A stretch of DNA of 60,478 nt, filler included, from 7 parts of 7 records of this genome joined end to end with filler, not necessarily neighbours in it; one strand, 5' to 3'. Shown: positions 39,634-49,530, counted from the first letter of the whole stretch. Made by a program: numbers and translations. Notes: generated from the letters alone by a model not told the origin.

Positions 39634-41979
39634 TTACTCAGTTATCACAGCATCTACAGGACAAAGATCCCTGCAGACATCACATTTTATACATTTTTCA
39701 TTATCCACTACATGTTTTTCATATGGTATTGGAGCAATGGCATCAGATGGACAAGCTTGTGCGCATTTTGTACAACCGATGCACTCATCTGTAATGGTAT
39801 ATTGAATTAAGCCTTTGCACACCCCTGTCGGACACTTCCCCTTTATGTGAGCCTCATATTCATCTCTGAAGTATTTGAGTGTCGTCAGCACAGGATTAGG
39901 AGCAGATTTACCTAAACCGCACATGCTTCCGGCTTTTGTGCTATATGCTAGTTCTTCCAGTAATTCGATGTCTGATTCAATGCCATTTCCAGAAGTGATT
40001 TTGTCTAGTATTTGCAGCATACGAGTAGTACCTATACGGCAAAACGTGCAACGTCCACATGATTGCTCCTGGGTAAAAGATAAAAAATAGTGCGCTATAT
40101 CCACCATGCAATCCGTATTGTCTAAAACGATCAATCCACCTGAACCCATCATAGCACCAGCCTCTTTTAATGATGAATAGTCTATAGGTGTGTCGGCCAT
40201 TGATGCCGGTAAACAACCTCCTGAAGGTCCACCAATTTGGATAGCTTTGAATTCACGGCCTTTTGCTACTCCTCCTCCAATTGTTTCTACAATATGTCGA
40301 ATTGTTGTTCCCATTGGTACTTCAATAAGACCACCACGTTCAATTTTCCCAGCCAATGCAAATACTTTGGTTCCTTTGCTATTTTTTGTCCCAATTTGCT
40401 GAAAAGCTTCCTGTCCATGTTTTAATATCCATGGGACCATGGAGTATGTTTCTGCATTATTTATCAATGTGGGTTTTCCCCATAATCCTTTTTCTGAAGG
40501 GTAGGGTGGGCGCATACTTGGTAATCCGCGTTTCCCTTCAATGGAGGCTATTAATGCAGTTTCTTCACCGCAAATAAATGCACCTGCTCCTTCAAATATT
40601 CTAATTTCAAAATTAAATGAGCTATTGAGTATATTCTTTCCAAGCATATTATTTTCATAAAGCGCGTAAATGGCTTCACGAATTCTTTGCACTGCCAAAG
40701 GATATTCTGCACGAATATAAAAAACTCCTTCGGTTGTACCTGTGGCATACGCTGCAATCATCATTCCTTCAATGATGCGATAAGGATAGGATTCTAATAG
40801 CATCCGGTCCATAAATGCCCCCGGATCTCCTTCATCACCATTACAAATGATATACTTTATTTCACTGTCTGATTTTCGGACTAGTTTCCATTTCTCAGAA
40901 GTTGGGAAACCTGCACCACCGCGGCCACGCAGTCCACTTTTTTCAATTATTGTAATAACCTCTTCCTGTTTCATTTCAAGAGAGGTTTTTAATGCATCAA
41001 ATCCTCCTTTTGATTGATATTCTTGTAAATCTGATGGTCTGAGTTCACCTCGGAATTCAGTGGCAATACTAATTTGTGATGATAGAAAAGCTGAAAAAAG
41101 GGATTCCTTATCTTCAGGATTATAATATTGATGATTTCTTGGTATTTCCTTATTTACAACAGAATCAAAAAAGTTATAAATGCCTGCGCGGGTTTTATGT
41201 GCAAGTTTTTTAGGTTTGAAGTGTTGTTTAATTACATCTCGTACTTCTTCAGGTTTTATTTTAGCATAAACAGCTGGTGTTTCATTGGGTTTGTGAATTT
41301 CTAAGATAGGTACCTGATTACAAATACCAACACAACCCACATGTTTTACATTTACATCTATTTTGCTGTGGTTCAATGCATCTTCCAGCGCATTTTTTAC
41401 ATCGTTGCTACCGGTTGCCACACAACATGATCCCAGCCCGATACGAATCTCTCCTTGCATTTCTTCCTTATTGATAATCACCGGTGGTTTTTCAGGTTTC
41501 GGTTGGTCCTGTCTTTCCAGGAAATTCTTCAAAATGTCCTCTGCTTCGTCGGTTTTTACATGTCCGTAGGTTATATCATCAATTTGAACAACTGGCGCTA
41601 TGGTGCAGCAACCCAGACAAGCAACTTTATCTAAAGTGAATAGTTTTTCATTATCTGTATCTTCACTTTCTTCGAGTTTTAATGCACGTCGAAATGCATC
41701 ATAAACAAGCATGGCACCTTTTACGTGGCAGGCTGTTCCAACACAGACTTTTATCATGTGTTTACCCACAGGTTTTAGTCTGAACTGTGAGTAGAAAGTA
41801 GCTATTCCATGAATATTTGCAGGCGTGATATCAGTTGTTTCATACACACGCTTTAAGGCTTCTTCAGGCAGGTAATTATATGTAGTTTGAATAGCCTGTA
41901 AAATAGGAATGACTTTGTCAGCCGAAGTTCCAATCTCAGCAATTAATTGGTCGATATGGTTTATCAGCTCGTTTGTCAT
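39634..41979 (-). CDS. Fused NuoE/HydC + NuoF/HydB NADH-FMN diaphorase subunit
   Basis: VCVGTAC..ACLGCC [2Fe-2S]; second thioredoxin-like GSCC..GCVGIC; LRGRGGAGFPT; CNGDEGDPGAFMDR; ICGEETAL; SCGRCTFC; C-terminal 2x[4Fe-4S]; ATG at 41979 overlaps upstream TGA. Confidence 0.92.
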   Translation of the reverse strand: MTNELINHIDQLIAEIGTSADKVIPILQAIQTTYNYLPEEALKRVYETTDITPANIHGIATFYSQFRLKPVGKHMIKVCVGTACHVKGAMLVYDAFRRALKLEESEDTDNEKLFTLDKVACLGCCTIAPVVQIDDITYGHVKTDEAEDILKNFLERQDQPKPEKPPVIINKEEMQGEIRIGLGSCCVATGSNDVKNALEDALNHSKIDVNVKHVGCVGICNQVPILEIHKPNETPAVYAKIKPEEVRDVIKQHFKPKKLAHKTRAGIYNFFDSVVNKEIPRNHQYYNPEDKESLFSAFLSSQISIATEFRGELRPSDLQEYQSKGGFDALKTSLEMKQEEVITIIEKSGLRGRGGAGFPTSEKWKLVRKSDSEIKYIICNGDEGDPGAFMDRMLLESYPYRIIEGMMIAAYATGTTEGVFYIRAEYPLAVQRIREAIYALYENNMLGKNILNSSFNFEIRIFEGAGAFICGEETALIASIEGKRGLPSMRPPYPSEKGLWGKPTLINNAETYSMVPWILKHGQEAFQQIGTKNSKGTKVFALAGKIERGGLIEVPMGTTIRHIVETIGGGVAKGREFKAIQIGGPSGGCLPASMADTPIDYSSLKEAGAMMGSGGLIVLDNTDCMVDIAHYFLSFTQEQSCGRCTFCRIGTTRMLQILDKITSGNGIESDIELLEELAYSTKAGSMCGLGKSAPNPVLTTLKYFRDEYEAHIKGKCPTGVCKGLIQYTITDECIGCTKCAQACPSDAIAPIPYEKHVVDNEKCIKCDVCRDLCPVDAVITE

Positions 41980-43856
41980 TTTCCTATGCAATACATGTTT
42001 TTTATTCCTTTGAGATAAATTCTGCCATCAGTGAAAATAGGGGTACTACCTGAATATTCTCCCAATTCAGGTTTGCTGATGATTTTCAATTCTTTATCGG
42101 GCTCAATGATGTGCATTACACCGGGTACATCCAATAAATAAATTCTGCCATCAACTATCATTGGTGAAGCAAATATGTTACTGCCTATTTCATATTCCCA
42201 GTATTTTTCTCCTGTAAGGGCATCATAGCAAATAAACACACCATAGCTTGTGGCCATAAACAGAAATTTATCTGTAGCTACCGGACTGGGGATATCTGAT
42301 AAATGTTCATCGTTTTCCCATAATAATGTGGGTCTGGATCCTATTTTCACAGCTGAGAGTACAGAATAATCATTCACTGAAAATACTATACCATTGGCAT
42401 AAGCTAATGAAGGACCAACTTCTCCACCTATACACTCCATTCTCCATAGTTCTTTTCCTGTATAAGCATCATAAGATATTACGTATGGATCTGCAGCTGT
42501 CATTATCTCCAGGTTCGATCCTGTATTGACCACAATAGGCGAGGCCCATGATATTTTTACATCTCTATCCACACTCCAAACTACTTCCCCGGTATGCGAT
42601 GCTAATGCCAATAATTTCTGTTCGTTACGCTGGTCCCATTGCACAATGACATTTCCATTAGCCATCATGAGTGATGAGGAATGGCCATAATGGTTATCGG
42701 GTAAACCGAAGTCTTTTTCCCAGATTATTTTTCCTTGAAAATCAACTGCTGCCATATCACCTGTAGCGAAAATAGCGTAAATGAAAGTTCCATCAGTTAC
42801 AGCAGTGGGCGCTGCAAATCCGGTTTCACCGATTGGTGCGGGCACTTTATCACTTCCTCCAACAGATGTTGTCCAGAGTAGCTTACCTGTATTTTTATTT
42901 AAGCAATAAATCTCCTGTTTGCCTTCTTCAGCTCCGGTAAAGAAAAGCTTATCACCCCAAATTATTGGAGAATTCTGACCAGGCAGTGGTAATGGTGTTT
43001 TCCAAATCACATTTTTGCCTGAGGCACCGTCCCAATCAGTTGGGATGTTCTTTTTAGTAGAAATTCCAATTCCACCAATTCCTCTAAAGTTTGGATAATT
43101 GGGAGAGATGGTATTGATTGCTTGTGTCGCTTTTGTTTCCTTTTGAGGTTGTATTTCTTTTTCTGTTGTTCCTTCGTTTTGTGCAATTTCAATTATAGTG
43201 GTATCAAACTCAATACTATCAGCAGAATCAGTACTGTTATTAAGTTCGCTTGCAGATTCTTGCTTTTTTTCGTCGTTTTCTGAAAGGTCGGTAACAACCA
43301 CATTACCTGATTGAATATCAGATTCAATGGAGAAGTCTTTTTCGCCACTCAGGCTTGATAGCTGTTCGTTTAATTCGTTGGATGAGAGAAAAGCAAAAAC
43401 AGCAGCTGTTATCAGAATTAATCCACCACCTAATACAATGGCACGACGTGCTTTTTGTCGTTGGAAAAGTGAATCGTCATCGCCAGTTTCATTGATAACA
43501 GGGTTAACTTTCTTTCTGTAATCAATGATTTGGAGCGAAATGATAAATAGTGAAACAAAAACCAAGAGCAGGTAACCTCCGGTGCGTATTTGCCACTGAC
43601 TTGTAAAATATGCTTTGCGGTAAAGTAGATCGAGCATGCGAATTTGCTCGCGTAATTCAGCATCATCCGGATTGTTTTGTAATCGTTCAGACAGCTGGTC
43701 AATAACAGTCATATTAACCGGATCAGCACTGTTGATTTGCAAATAGTTGGCAATCATTAAAACGCAAATGAGCAGGGCGAATGCACCTGAGATTGTAGCT
43801 ATCCTCTTCCAAAGTTTATTGCTACCCCATTTGTTATGTTTATGTTCAAAATTCAC
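41976..43856 (-). CDS. Membrane-anchored PQQ-like beta-propeller protein
   Basis: Three N-terminal TM segments, acidic linker, YPNFRG, NSPIIWG, propeller blades (TGKLLW, TGEVVW, TGKELW, TGEKYW). Confidence 0.85.
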   Translation of the reverse strand: MNFEHKHNKWGSNKLWKRIATISGAFALLICVLMIANYLQINSADPVNMTVIDQLSERLQNNPDDAELREQIRMLDLLYRKAYFTSQWQIRTGGYLLLVFVSLFIISLQIIDYRKKVNPVINETGDDDSLFQRQKARRAIVLGGGLILITAAVFAFLSSNELNEQLSSLSGEKDFSIESDIQSGNVVVTDLSENDEKKQESASELNNSTDSADSIEFDTTIIEIAQNEGTTEKEIQPQKETKATQAINTISPNYPNFRGIGGIGISTKKNIPTDWDGASGKNVIWKTPLPLPGQNSPIIWGDKLFFTGAEEGKQEIYCLNKNTGKLLWTTSVGGSDKVPAPIGETGFAAPTAVTDGTFIYAIFATGDMAAVDFQGKIIWEKDFGLPDNHYGHSSSLMMANGNVIVQWDQRNEQKLLALASHTGEVVWSVDRDVKISWASPIVVNTGSNLEIMTAADPYVISYDAYTGKELWRMECIGGEVGPSLAYANGIVFSVNDYSVLSAVKIGSRPTLLWENDEHLSDIPSPVATDKFLFMATSYGVFICYDALTGEKYWEYEIGSNIFASPMIVDGRIYLLDVPGVMHIIEPDKELKIISKPELGEYSGSTPIFTDGRIYLKGIKNMYCIGK

Positions 43857-43896
43857 TATCAGTTTTCTTTTAAAGGTTTATCAATTGAATGAAATC

Positions 43897-43962
43897 AGAA
43901 GTCAGACAACAGAAAACAGATAAAGAATATTCTAAATAATTCTGTCTTCTGTTTCCTGTTCT
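43897..43962. repeat. Inverted heptamer-repeat hairpin
   Basis: AGAAGTC AGACAAC AGAAAAC AGATAAA ... TTCTGTCTTCTGTTTCCTG; same family as 37976-38028. Confidence 0.65.
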
Positions 43963-44030
43963 TTTTGATCTTAATACAACTTCTTTCATAATTATAATCG
44001 CTTGATATACAGTTATCTAAATCTTTAAGG

Positions 44031-45293
44031 TTATTTCACAGGACAATAATCAATGCATCTTGCGCAACTGAAGCAGTTTCCTTTATTAGCCGTATACTCA
44101 TCTCGGTATGGGTATATGGTAAGTTTTGCCAGTGTCAATCCGAAGATCAAACCAATCAAGCCTCCGATGATCCAGCTGCCTATATAAAACTTTTCAACAA
44201 TTGAGGCTGCTTCTTTGTACAATGCTTCAATGGGTGTACCGGATGCTTCAAATGTAGTTACTTCTGTGAGGGGTTCCACATCATTTTCTGATTCAGTATT
44301 GTGTTTTATCATTTTTTCGGCAAGGCTTACTTTAAAGTTGACCCTTGCAAAATCTTCGTGATATCCGGAAGTCACCCAACCGATAAGCATTACCAAAAGA
44401 GGTGTGATAAAACCGTAAATGATTATTTTTTTTACTAACCTGCGATTATCGTTCTTTACTTCAAGACCTGTGGGTTTATCAATGGCATCAAATGGACAGG
44501 CATTATCACACAATTTACAGCTGATACACTTTCCATTGGCAATGGACATATGTTTTTTTGATACGCGACTGACTACATTTAATATTACTCCATATGGACA
44601 AAAAAATCGGCAATATGGTCGGGCAATGAAAATCCCAGCGATTAGTAAAATTCCTCCAATAGATAACATCATAAAAGAACCATTCATCCGGAAAAATCCA
44701 ACGAAAGGATCATATCTGCATATAATAAAATCTGTGCCAGTGGCAGCAAATAATAGTGCTAGACCAAGGTATAAAACTGGAATTAATCCAAGAAGGGTTC
44801 TTATCCATCTTTTTAAACTTACCGGACGAAATGCAACTAAATCCTGTATAGCTCCCAGTGGACAAACTCCGGCACAAAATGTACGTCCATAAAAAAGCGT
44901 GACGGCTAATGGTGCAATGAAAAATATAATAGCAGTAAGTGGTATAGCATATTCAGGATTAAAAATAGCCATGGTTACATTCTGAATAGAACCAATGGCA
45001 CAGATGCAACCTTCACGGTAAAATCCAAAGTACAATAAACTAAACACTGAAATCCAGAAAACTGCTTTCCGAGAACGCTTTTTAATGATAACCCAGGTCA
45101 TAAGAGCTAAGGCTCCAAGAAACACAACTATATCAAGTATTTCATAAATGAAAGGTTTAACATCAGATATTTGTGTGTCGGGAACTTTATAATTAGTGTC
45201 AAATTCAGGTGCCGGAAAGCGCTGAGCAAAAATATTGATCGTAATCAGTGAAATAATAAGTAATAGTGAGATTTTAAGTAATTTATGTTGCAT
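44031..45293 (-). CDS. NapH/MauN/NosR-like membrane polyferredoxin
   Basis: GRTFCAGVCPLG and RPYCRFFCPYG (CxxxCP) motifs, CISCKLCDNACP, CFSCARCIDYCP; multiple TM. Confidence 0.85.
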   Translation of the reverse strand: MQHKLLKISLLLIISLITINIFAQRFPAPEFDTNYKVPDTQISDVKPFIYEILDIVVFLGALALMTWVIIKKRSRKAVFWISVFSLLYFGFYREGCICAIGSIQNVTMAIFNPEYAIPLTAIIFFIAPLAVTLFYGRTFCAGVCPLGAIQDLVAFRPVSLKRWIRTLLGLIPVLYLGLALLFAATGTDFIICRYDPFVGFFRMNGSFMMLSIGGILLIAGIFIARPYCRFFCPYGVILNVVSRVSKKHMSIANGKCISCKLCDNACPFDAIDKPTGLEVKNDNRRLVKKIIIYGFITPLLVMLIGWVTSGYHEDFARVNFKVSLAEKMIKHNTESENDVEPLTEVTTFEASGTPIEALYKEAASIVEKFYIGSWIIGGLIGLIFGLTLAKLTIYPYRDEYTANKGNCFSCARCIDYCPVK

Positions 45294-45298
45294 TTTTA

Positions 45299-45874
45299 TT
45301 ATTTCTTGATATTTAAATCATCAAAACCTCTGAGTAAATAAGGTTTTGAGGGATTAACTCTACTATATGCATCAGCTGGACATGATCTGGCTATGGCACA
45401 TTGATTACAGTTTACACATAAACTTTGATTTACTTGCAATTGCAATGATCCATTGCCAAACGCACCACAATTTTGTACACATTTGCCACATCCGTTACAT
45501 AACTCTTCAATTATTTTATACTCAAAATATGGTTCTTCAATATAGGTCCGGACAATAGCACCATTGGGGCATAGCTGATTTTCAGCAGCAGTATTTAGCT
45601 CTTTTGCTCCAGGTTTTAAATATCCACTGCAAAGATCACAGTAACCACACATATCCGTTACATGTACACATTTGACGGCGGAAGTTTGAAGGACACATTC
45701 TGTGGCACAATTTCCACATTGTACACACTTAGCAGGATCTAACTGCCAAATAGCCTCTTTTGAGACTGAACGGGATATTAATCCAAATCCAATTGTACCT
45801 AAACACACCCCGATACCAACCCGCAGACTGGTGTCAAGGAATTCTTTACGTGTTATTTTCTTTTTGTTTTCCAT
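45299..45874 (-). CDS. Multi-[4Fe-4S] ferredoxin with Tat-like leader (NapG/MauM-like)
   Basis: ITRKEFL plus hydrophobic stretch; CVQCGNCATEC, CGYCDLC, CNGCGKCVQNC, CVNCNQC..CP. Confidence 0.8.
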   Translation of the reverse strand: MENKKKITRKEFLDTSLRVGIGVCLGTIGFGLISRSVSKEAIWQLDPAKCVQCGNCATECVLQTSAVKCVHVTDMCGYCDLCSGYLKPGAKELNTAAENQLCPNGAIVRTYIEEPYFEYKIIEELCNGCGKCVQNCGAFGNGSLQLQVNQSLCVNCNQCAIARSCPADAYSRVNPSKPYLLRGFDDLNIKK

Positions 45875-45886
45875 GATACTAATTCA

Positions 45887-46885
45887 TTAAGTATCTGTCT
45901 TCTTTATCTCTTTAAAAATACATATTCTATTATATGCATCCAGAATATATATTAGTCCATTTTTATCAGTATCGAGATCATTTACAAGATTTTTACGTCC
46001 CAGCAAAAAATCTGCATCACCTTTAAAGCTTCCTGCACCTGCCACAATACATTTGAATTGTCCGGCAGGATTAAATATTTTAACCTTATCAAGGCCTTTC
46101 TCAAAGGTTACAAAGCTACCATCAGGTAATATGCTAAAATGCGAAGGATTGCAACATCCGGGGAATCCCTCATTTTCATATGATGCTTCTCCCCACATGG
46201 ATCTTAAACTGCCCGTTGATGAGAAATTTTCTAATCGCAAGTATCCTGGATTTGCAACCCAAATATCATTAAATCCACCTGCTTCCACATCAAAATAGAG
46301 ACTTGGTACAATGAATCCTTTTTTACGTCGCAGTGTATCTTTCGTCCCTAATTCTTTAATAAATTCTCCGTTGATCGAATACTTTAAAACGATTTTGTTT
46401 ATGGCATCAGCAGCATAAATATAATTTGCATCAGTACTTAGAGATGTGATGTAGCTTTTATCGTTATATGGCTTAAATTTTTGGATAAGTTCTCCATCGA
46501 TCGAATAGTGTGAAATGTATGTTCCGATACCCAGGTAAATTGCATTATTTTTAATTTCTATACAATGCGCTGAAGAGTCAATATCAAATGCTAAAAGCTT
46601 TTTACCACTTTTATTATATGAAACTACTTGTTTATGGGTGCACACAAAAATTTGCTCATTTTGATCTATTGCAATGCCTTTTGTATTTTCTATATGTGTT
46701 TCTATTGTTGTAATCTGCTCATAGCCAATTAGTTTGGGGTCGATTTCTTTGAGTGTATTATTTTGCTTTGTTAGTATATTGGGAGCAGTCTTTGTGGGCG
46801 ACTCGTGAAATAAATCATAAGCAATTAGTATTACCGCAAGCAGCAATAATAAAACTGAAAAACTTATGATTAATTTTTGTCTCAT
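45887..46885 (-). CDS. NHL-repeat beta-propeller protein, membrane-anchored
   Basis: N-terminal TM; GIAID, IYAADA, IWVANPG, IYILD blades; GCCNPSH vicinal Cys. Confidence 0.75.
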   Translation of the reverse strand: MRQKLIISFSVLLLLLAVILIAYDLFHESPTKTAPNILTKQNNTLKEIDPKLIGYEQITTIETHIENTKGIAIDQNEQIFVCTHKQVVSYNKSGKKLLAFDIDSSAHCIEIKNNAIYLGIGTYISHYSIDGELIQKFKPYNDKSYITSLSTDANYIYAADAINKIVLKYSINGEFIKELGTKDTLRRKKGFIVPSLYFDVEAGGFNDIWVANPGYLRLENFSSTGSLRSMWGEASYENEGFPGCCNPSHFSILPDGSFVTFEKGLDKVKIFNPAGQFKCIVAGAGSFKGDADFLLGRKNLVNDLDTDKNGLIYILDAYNRICIFKEIKKTDT

Positions 46886-46888
46886 TTT

Positions 46889-48337
46889 TTAATTATTTTG
46901 ATTGGCTCTTATATCTACACACACCATTTTTTTGGAATCTCGCAAAATAAGATATCCGTCGGCCAGAGCAAACGGGCCCCAGGTATCATCACCTTCTATG
47001 ATTTGAGCTTTATCTAAAACTTCAAATTTTGAAGTACTGTATTGGGCTATGGTTATTTCGCCTTCATCGTTCATTACGAAAAATTTATTGTCGGCAATTA
47101 TATATGGACCCAATCCAAAACGTTCCGTTGTGCTGCTTGTCCACACAATGTTTTTAAAATCTTCAGCTTTGCAACAAACAAACTGCATTCGGGTAATACC
47201 GGCATCTTTAGTTTGAACATTAAAAACCACACCATCTTTATAAATAGGTGTTTGCTGTTCTGAAGCCATCCCCTCTGAAGGCTTAAACTTCTGTAATGTT
47301 TTTGTGGAAAAGGAATTGCCGTTTCTATTAATCTGAATCAGGGCGCTACCAGCACCATATCCTGCAGTAACAAATATTCGATTTTCTCCTACATAAACCG
47401 GTGAGGGTGCAATTACTGAAGGTGCAAAATCTTTAGATACCCATAGTAATTTACCTTTGTCATTTTTTTCGGCTGAAATACCGCAAAGTCCCCCCAGCGC
47501 ATTGTAGATATACATTTTTTTGCCTGCAATTGTCATTGGAATTACGGAAGCATGTGACATTTTAAGGCTGTCATTATTAGGCGTTTGCCAAGCTATTTCG
47601 CCGGTTTCACAATCCACACCCATTACCAAAGCAGAACCACCTACACCAATAACTGCTACATTATCGTCAATTATTGGACATTGCCCTGTATACCACAAAG
47701 GTTCGTCAGTTCTGAAATCTTTTACCAGATCAATACCCCATTTAAGTTCTCCGGTGATTGCATCGCAACACATCACATGACATTTGGGACCCATAGTTAC
47801 CACGTATTTGTCATTTACAGCCGGAATGGTTCGCGACATACCATGATTTCGTTTTATATCGACTGAATAACCACGGCGCCAAAGCTCTGTGCCATCTTCC
47901 AGTGCATAGCAACGTAATACATCACGTTCTTTTCGTTCTTCATAATCGAGTACGTAAACTCTTCCATTGTAAATGGCTGCCCCTGCATGTCCTTCACCTA
48001 ATTCTTTTTGCCATAAAATGCGCGGACCATTTTCCGGCCATTTATCGAGTAGTGAAATATCTTCTTTGTTGATATTATCAAAATCGGTACCTCTGAAATT
48101 GGGCCATTTCCCGTTAAGTGATGACTCAAAAGAATTTTCGTACGCAGTAAAATGTTCGCCTATGATCACTTCTTCAATATCTGAAAGAGATTTTGGTGGT
48201 CGGTTATCGAGACCGGGAATTGATTTAGCAAAATTATCAGTAGGATTGTATAAAAACCAATACAAAAAAAGACCTATTCCGATCAGAATTACTATTCCGG
48301 ATATGATTCCTTCAAATATTTTGTTTGGTTGTGGCAT
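46889..48337 (-). CDS. Membrane-anchored PQQ-like beta-propeller protein
   Basis: N-terminal TM; WPNFRG; DGTELW, TGELKW, TGEIAW blades. Confidence 0.85.
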   Translation of the reverse strand: MPQPNKIFEGIISGIVILIGIGLFLYWFLYNPTDNFAKSIPGLDNRPPKSLSDIEEVIIGEHFTAYENSFESSLNGKWPNFRGTDFDNINKEDISLLDKWPENGPRILWQKELGEGHAGAAIYNGRVYVLDYEERKERDVLRCYALEDGTELWRRGYSVDIKRNHGMSRTIPAVNDKYVVTMGPKCHVMCCDAITGELKWGIDLVKDFRTDEPLWYTGQCPIIDDNVAVIGVGGSALVMGVDCETGEIAWQTPNNDSLKMSHASVIPMTIAGKKMYIYNALGGLCGISAEKNDKGKLLWVSKDFAPSVIAPSPVYVGENRIFVTAGYGAGSALIQINRNGNSFSTKTLQKFKPSEGMASEQQTPIYKDGVVFNVQTKDAGITRMQFVCCKAEDFKNIVWTSSTTERFGLGPYIIADNKFFVMNDEGEITIAQYSTSKFEVLDKAQIIEGDDTWGPFALADGYLILRDSKKMVCVDIRANQNN

Positions 48338-48420
48338 TGCTAAATAATAAGTGATGCAAAACTTAGGGTTAGGGCCAAAATCGAAACAATCTTAATAAAT
48401 ATCTGTACAGGTTGTTTTAA

Positions 48421-48447
48421 CAGATTGCTTCGTCGTTCCTCCTCGCA
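48421..48447. repeat. Partial dispersed palindromic repeat at contig end
   Basis: CAGATTGCTTCGTCGTTCCTCCTCGCA resembles the GTCATTGCGAG...GAAGCAATC repeat type (recalled) and is cut by the gap. Confidence 0.5.
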
Positions 48448-48547
48448 NNNNNNNNNNNNNNNNNNNNNNNNNNNNNNNNNNNNNNNNNNNNTTAATTAAT
48501 TAANNNNNNNNNNNNNNNNNNNNNNNNNNNNNNNNNNNNNNNNNNNN
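48448..48547. other. Artificial contig spacer
   Basis: N run with TTAATTAATTAA. Confidence 0.98.
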
Positions 48548-48573
48548 GCATTCTATGAAATTTCATAGAATGC
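48548..48573. repeat. Perfect 26-bp palindrome at contig start
   Basis: GCATTCTATGAAA/TTTCATAGAATGC. Confidence 0.8.
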
Positions 48574-48749
48574 ATATAAAATTGAAATATTTACTTAGTG
48601 TGATAAAATTTATAAATATGATTTTGTTTAAAACTTAAATTATTAACTAAACTGTAATTTTGATTTCCTGATATAAAAAACTATTATATTCATTTCTAAA
48701 ATCTCTTATACAAACTATCACAGCTTCAATTTTAAATAACTGAATCAAT

Positions 48750-48781
48750 AAAAAATGAAACCTACTAAAAATAAGTTTCAT
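48750..48781 (-). terminator. Terminator after small membrane protein gene
   Basis: Minus strand ATGAAACTT-loop-AGGTTTCAT followed by a T tract. Confidence 0.6.
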
Positions 48782-48789
48782 CATACTAA

Positions 48790-48963
48790 TTATTTTGTTT
48801 TTATTCTATAGAATACTGATAATCCAGCAATAATTAGCAAAATATAGATGGAGCCACCTAACATTCCAAATCTAGGAAATATAAATCTATAAATAACTCT
48901 AAGTATAAATATTAAGATTGCTACTGAAATAAAAAAATTAATCTGTTTTTTGGATAATTTCAT
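48790..48963 (-). CDS. 57-aa small two-TM membrane protein (absent from ORF track)
   Basis: GAGAGGTG SD; MKLSKKQINFFISVAILIFILRVIYRFIFPRFGMLGGSIYILLIIAGLSVFYRIKTK*; own terminator. Confidence 0.7.
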   Translation of the reverse strand: MKLSKKQINFFISVAILIFILRVIYRFIFPRFGMLGGSIYILLIIAGLSVFYRIKTK

Positions 48964-49530
48964 ATTAACACCTCTCTAAATATTTTCATTTATATCAAAC
49001 ATATAGTTTTCTTTAGAATTGTAGTATTTTCTTTAGTATTATTTAAATCAGGGATATTGAAATAAGATATAATACAGCTCTATGATGTTTATCTTACGAA
49101 TGAACACTTGGCTTTTACAATAGTTTTCAAATTTTATCATATTTTTGCCATAATAGATATATTGATTTTAAAATTTTAGTACTCTAATCTATTGAATTGT
49201 ATCACAATCAAGCTATTTTTTAAACAGATGTTTTATAAAAACACTTATTTGAATCTATAATTTATATTGATAAAATCAATATATTAAATGTATTGCAAAA
49301 CAATAAGAAAAGTTGAGTCAGATTTTTGGAGTTTTCTTACTCTAAGGATTACTAAAAATTTTGACTTAACTATGAATTATTTAATTAATGAATAAAACTT
49401 AGTATTATTAGAATTCCAAGTAAAGTAACAGATTCATTATAAAAAAAACGTTTAAAAAAATTAAATCTTGACAAAAAGATTAAAATAGAATACTTATTAA
49501 TATAGTCATAAAAAAAGAAAGGGGCTTAAA

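Noticed and set aside
38061-41979. [FeFe]-hydrogenase, complex I or glutamate synthase
   Set aside because: No H-cluster motifs, no other nuo genes and no gltB; only the diaphorase and Fe-S relay modules are present.
36827-48337. Calling the propeller proteins BamB or PQQ dehydrogenases
   Set aside because: Only the generic blade repeat is visible; no BamB lipobox or context, no confirmed PQQ/Ca2+ ligands, no pqq genes in the window.
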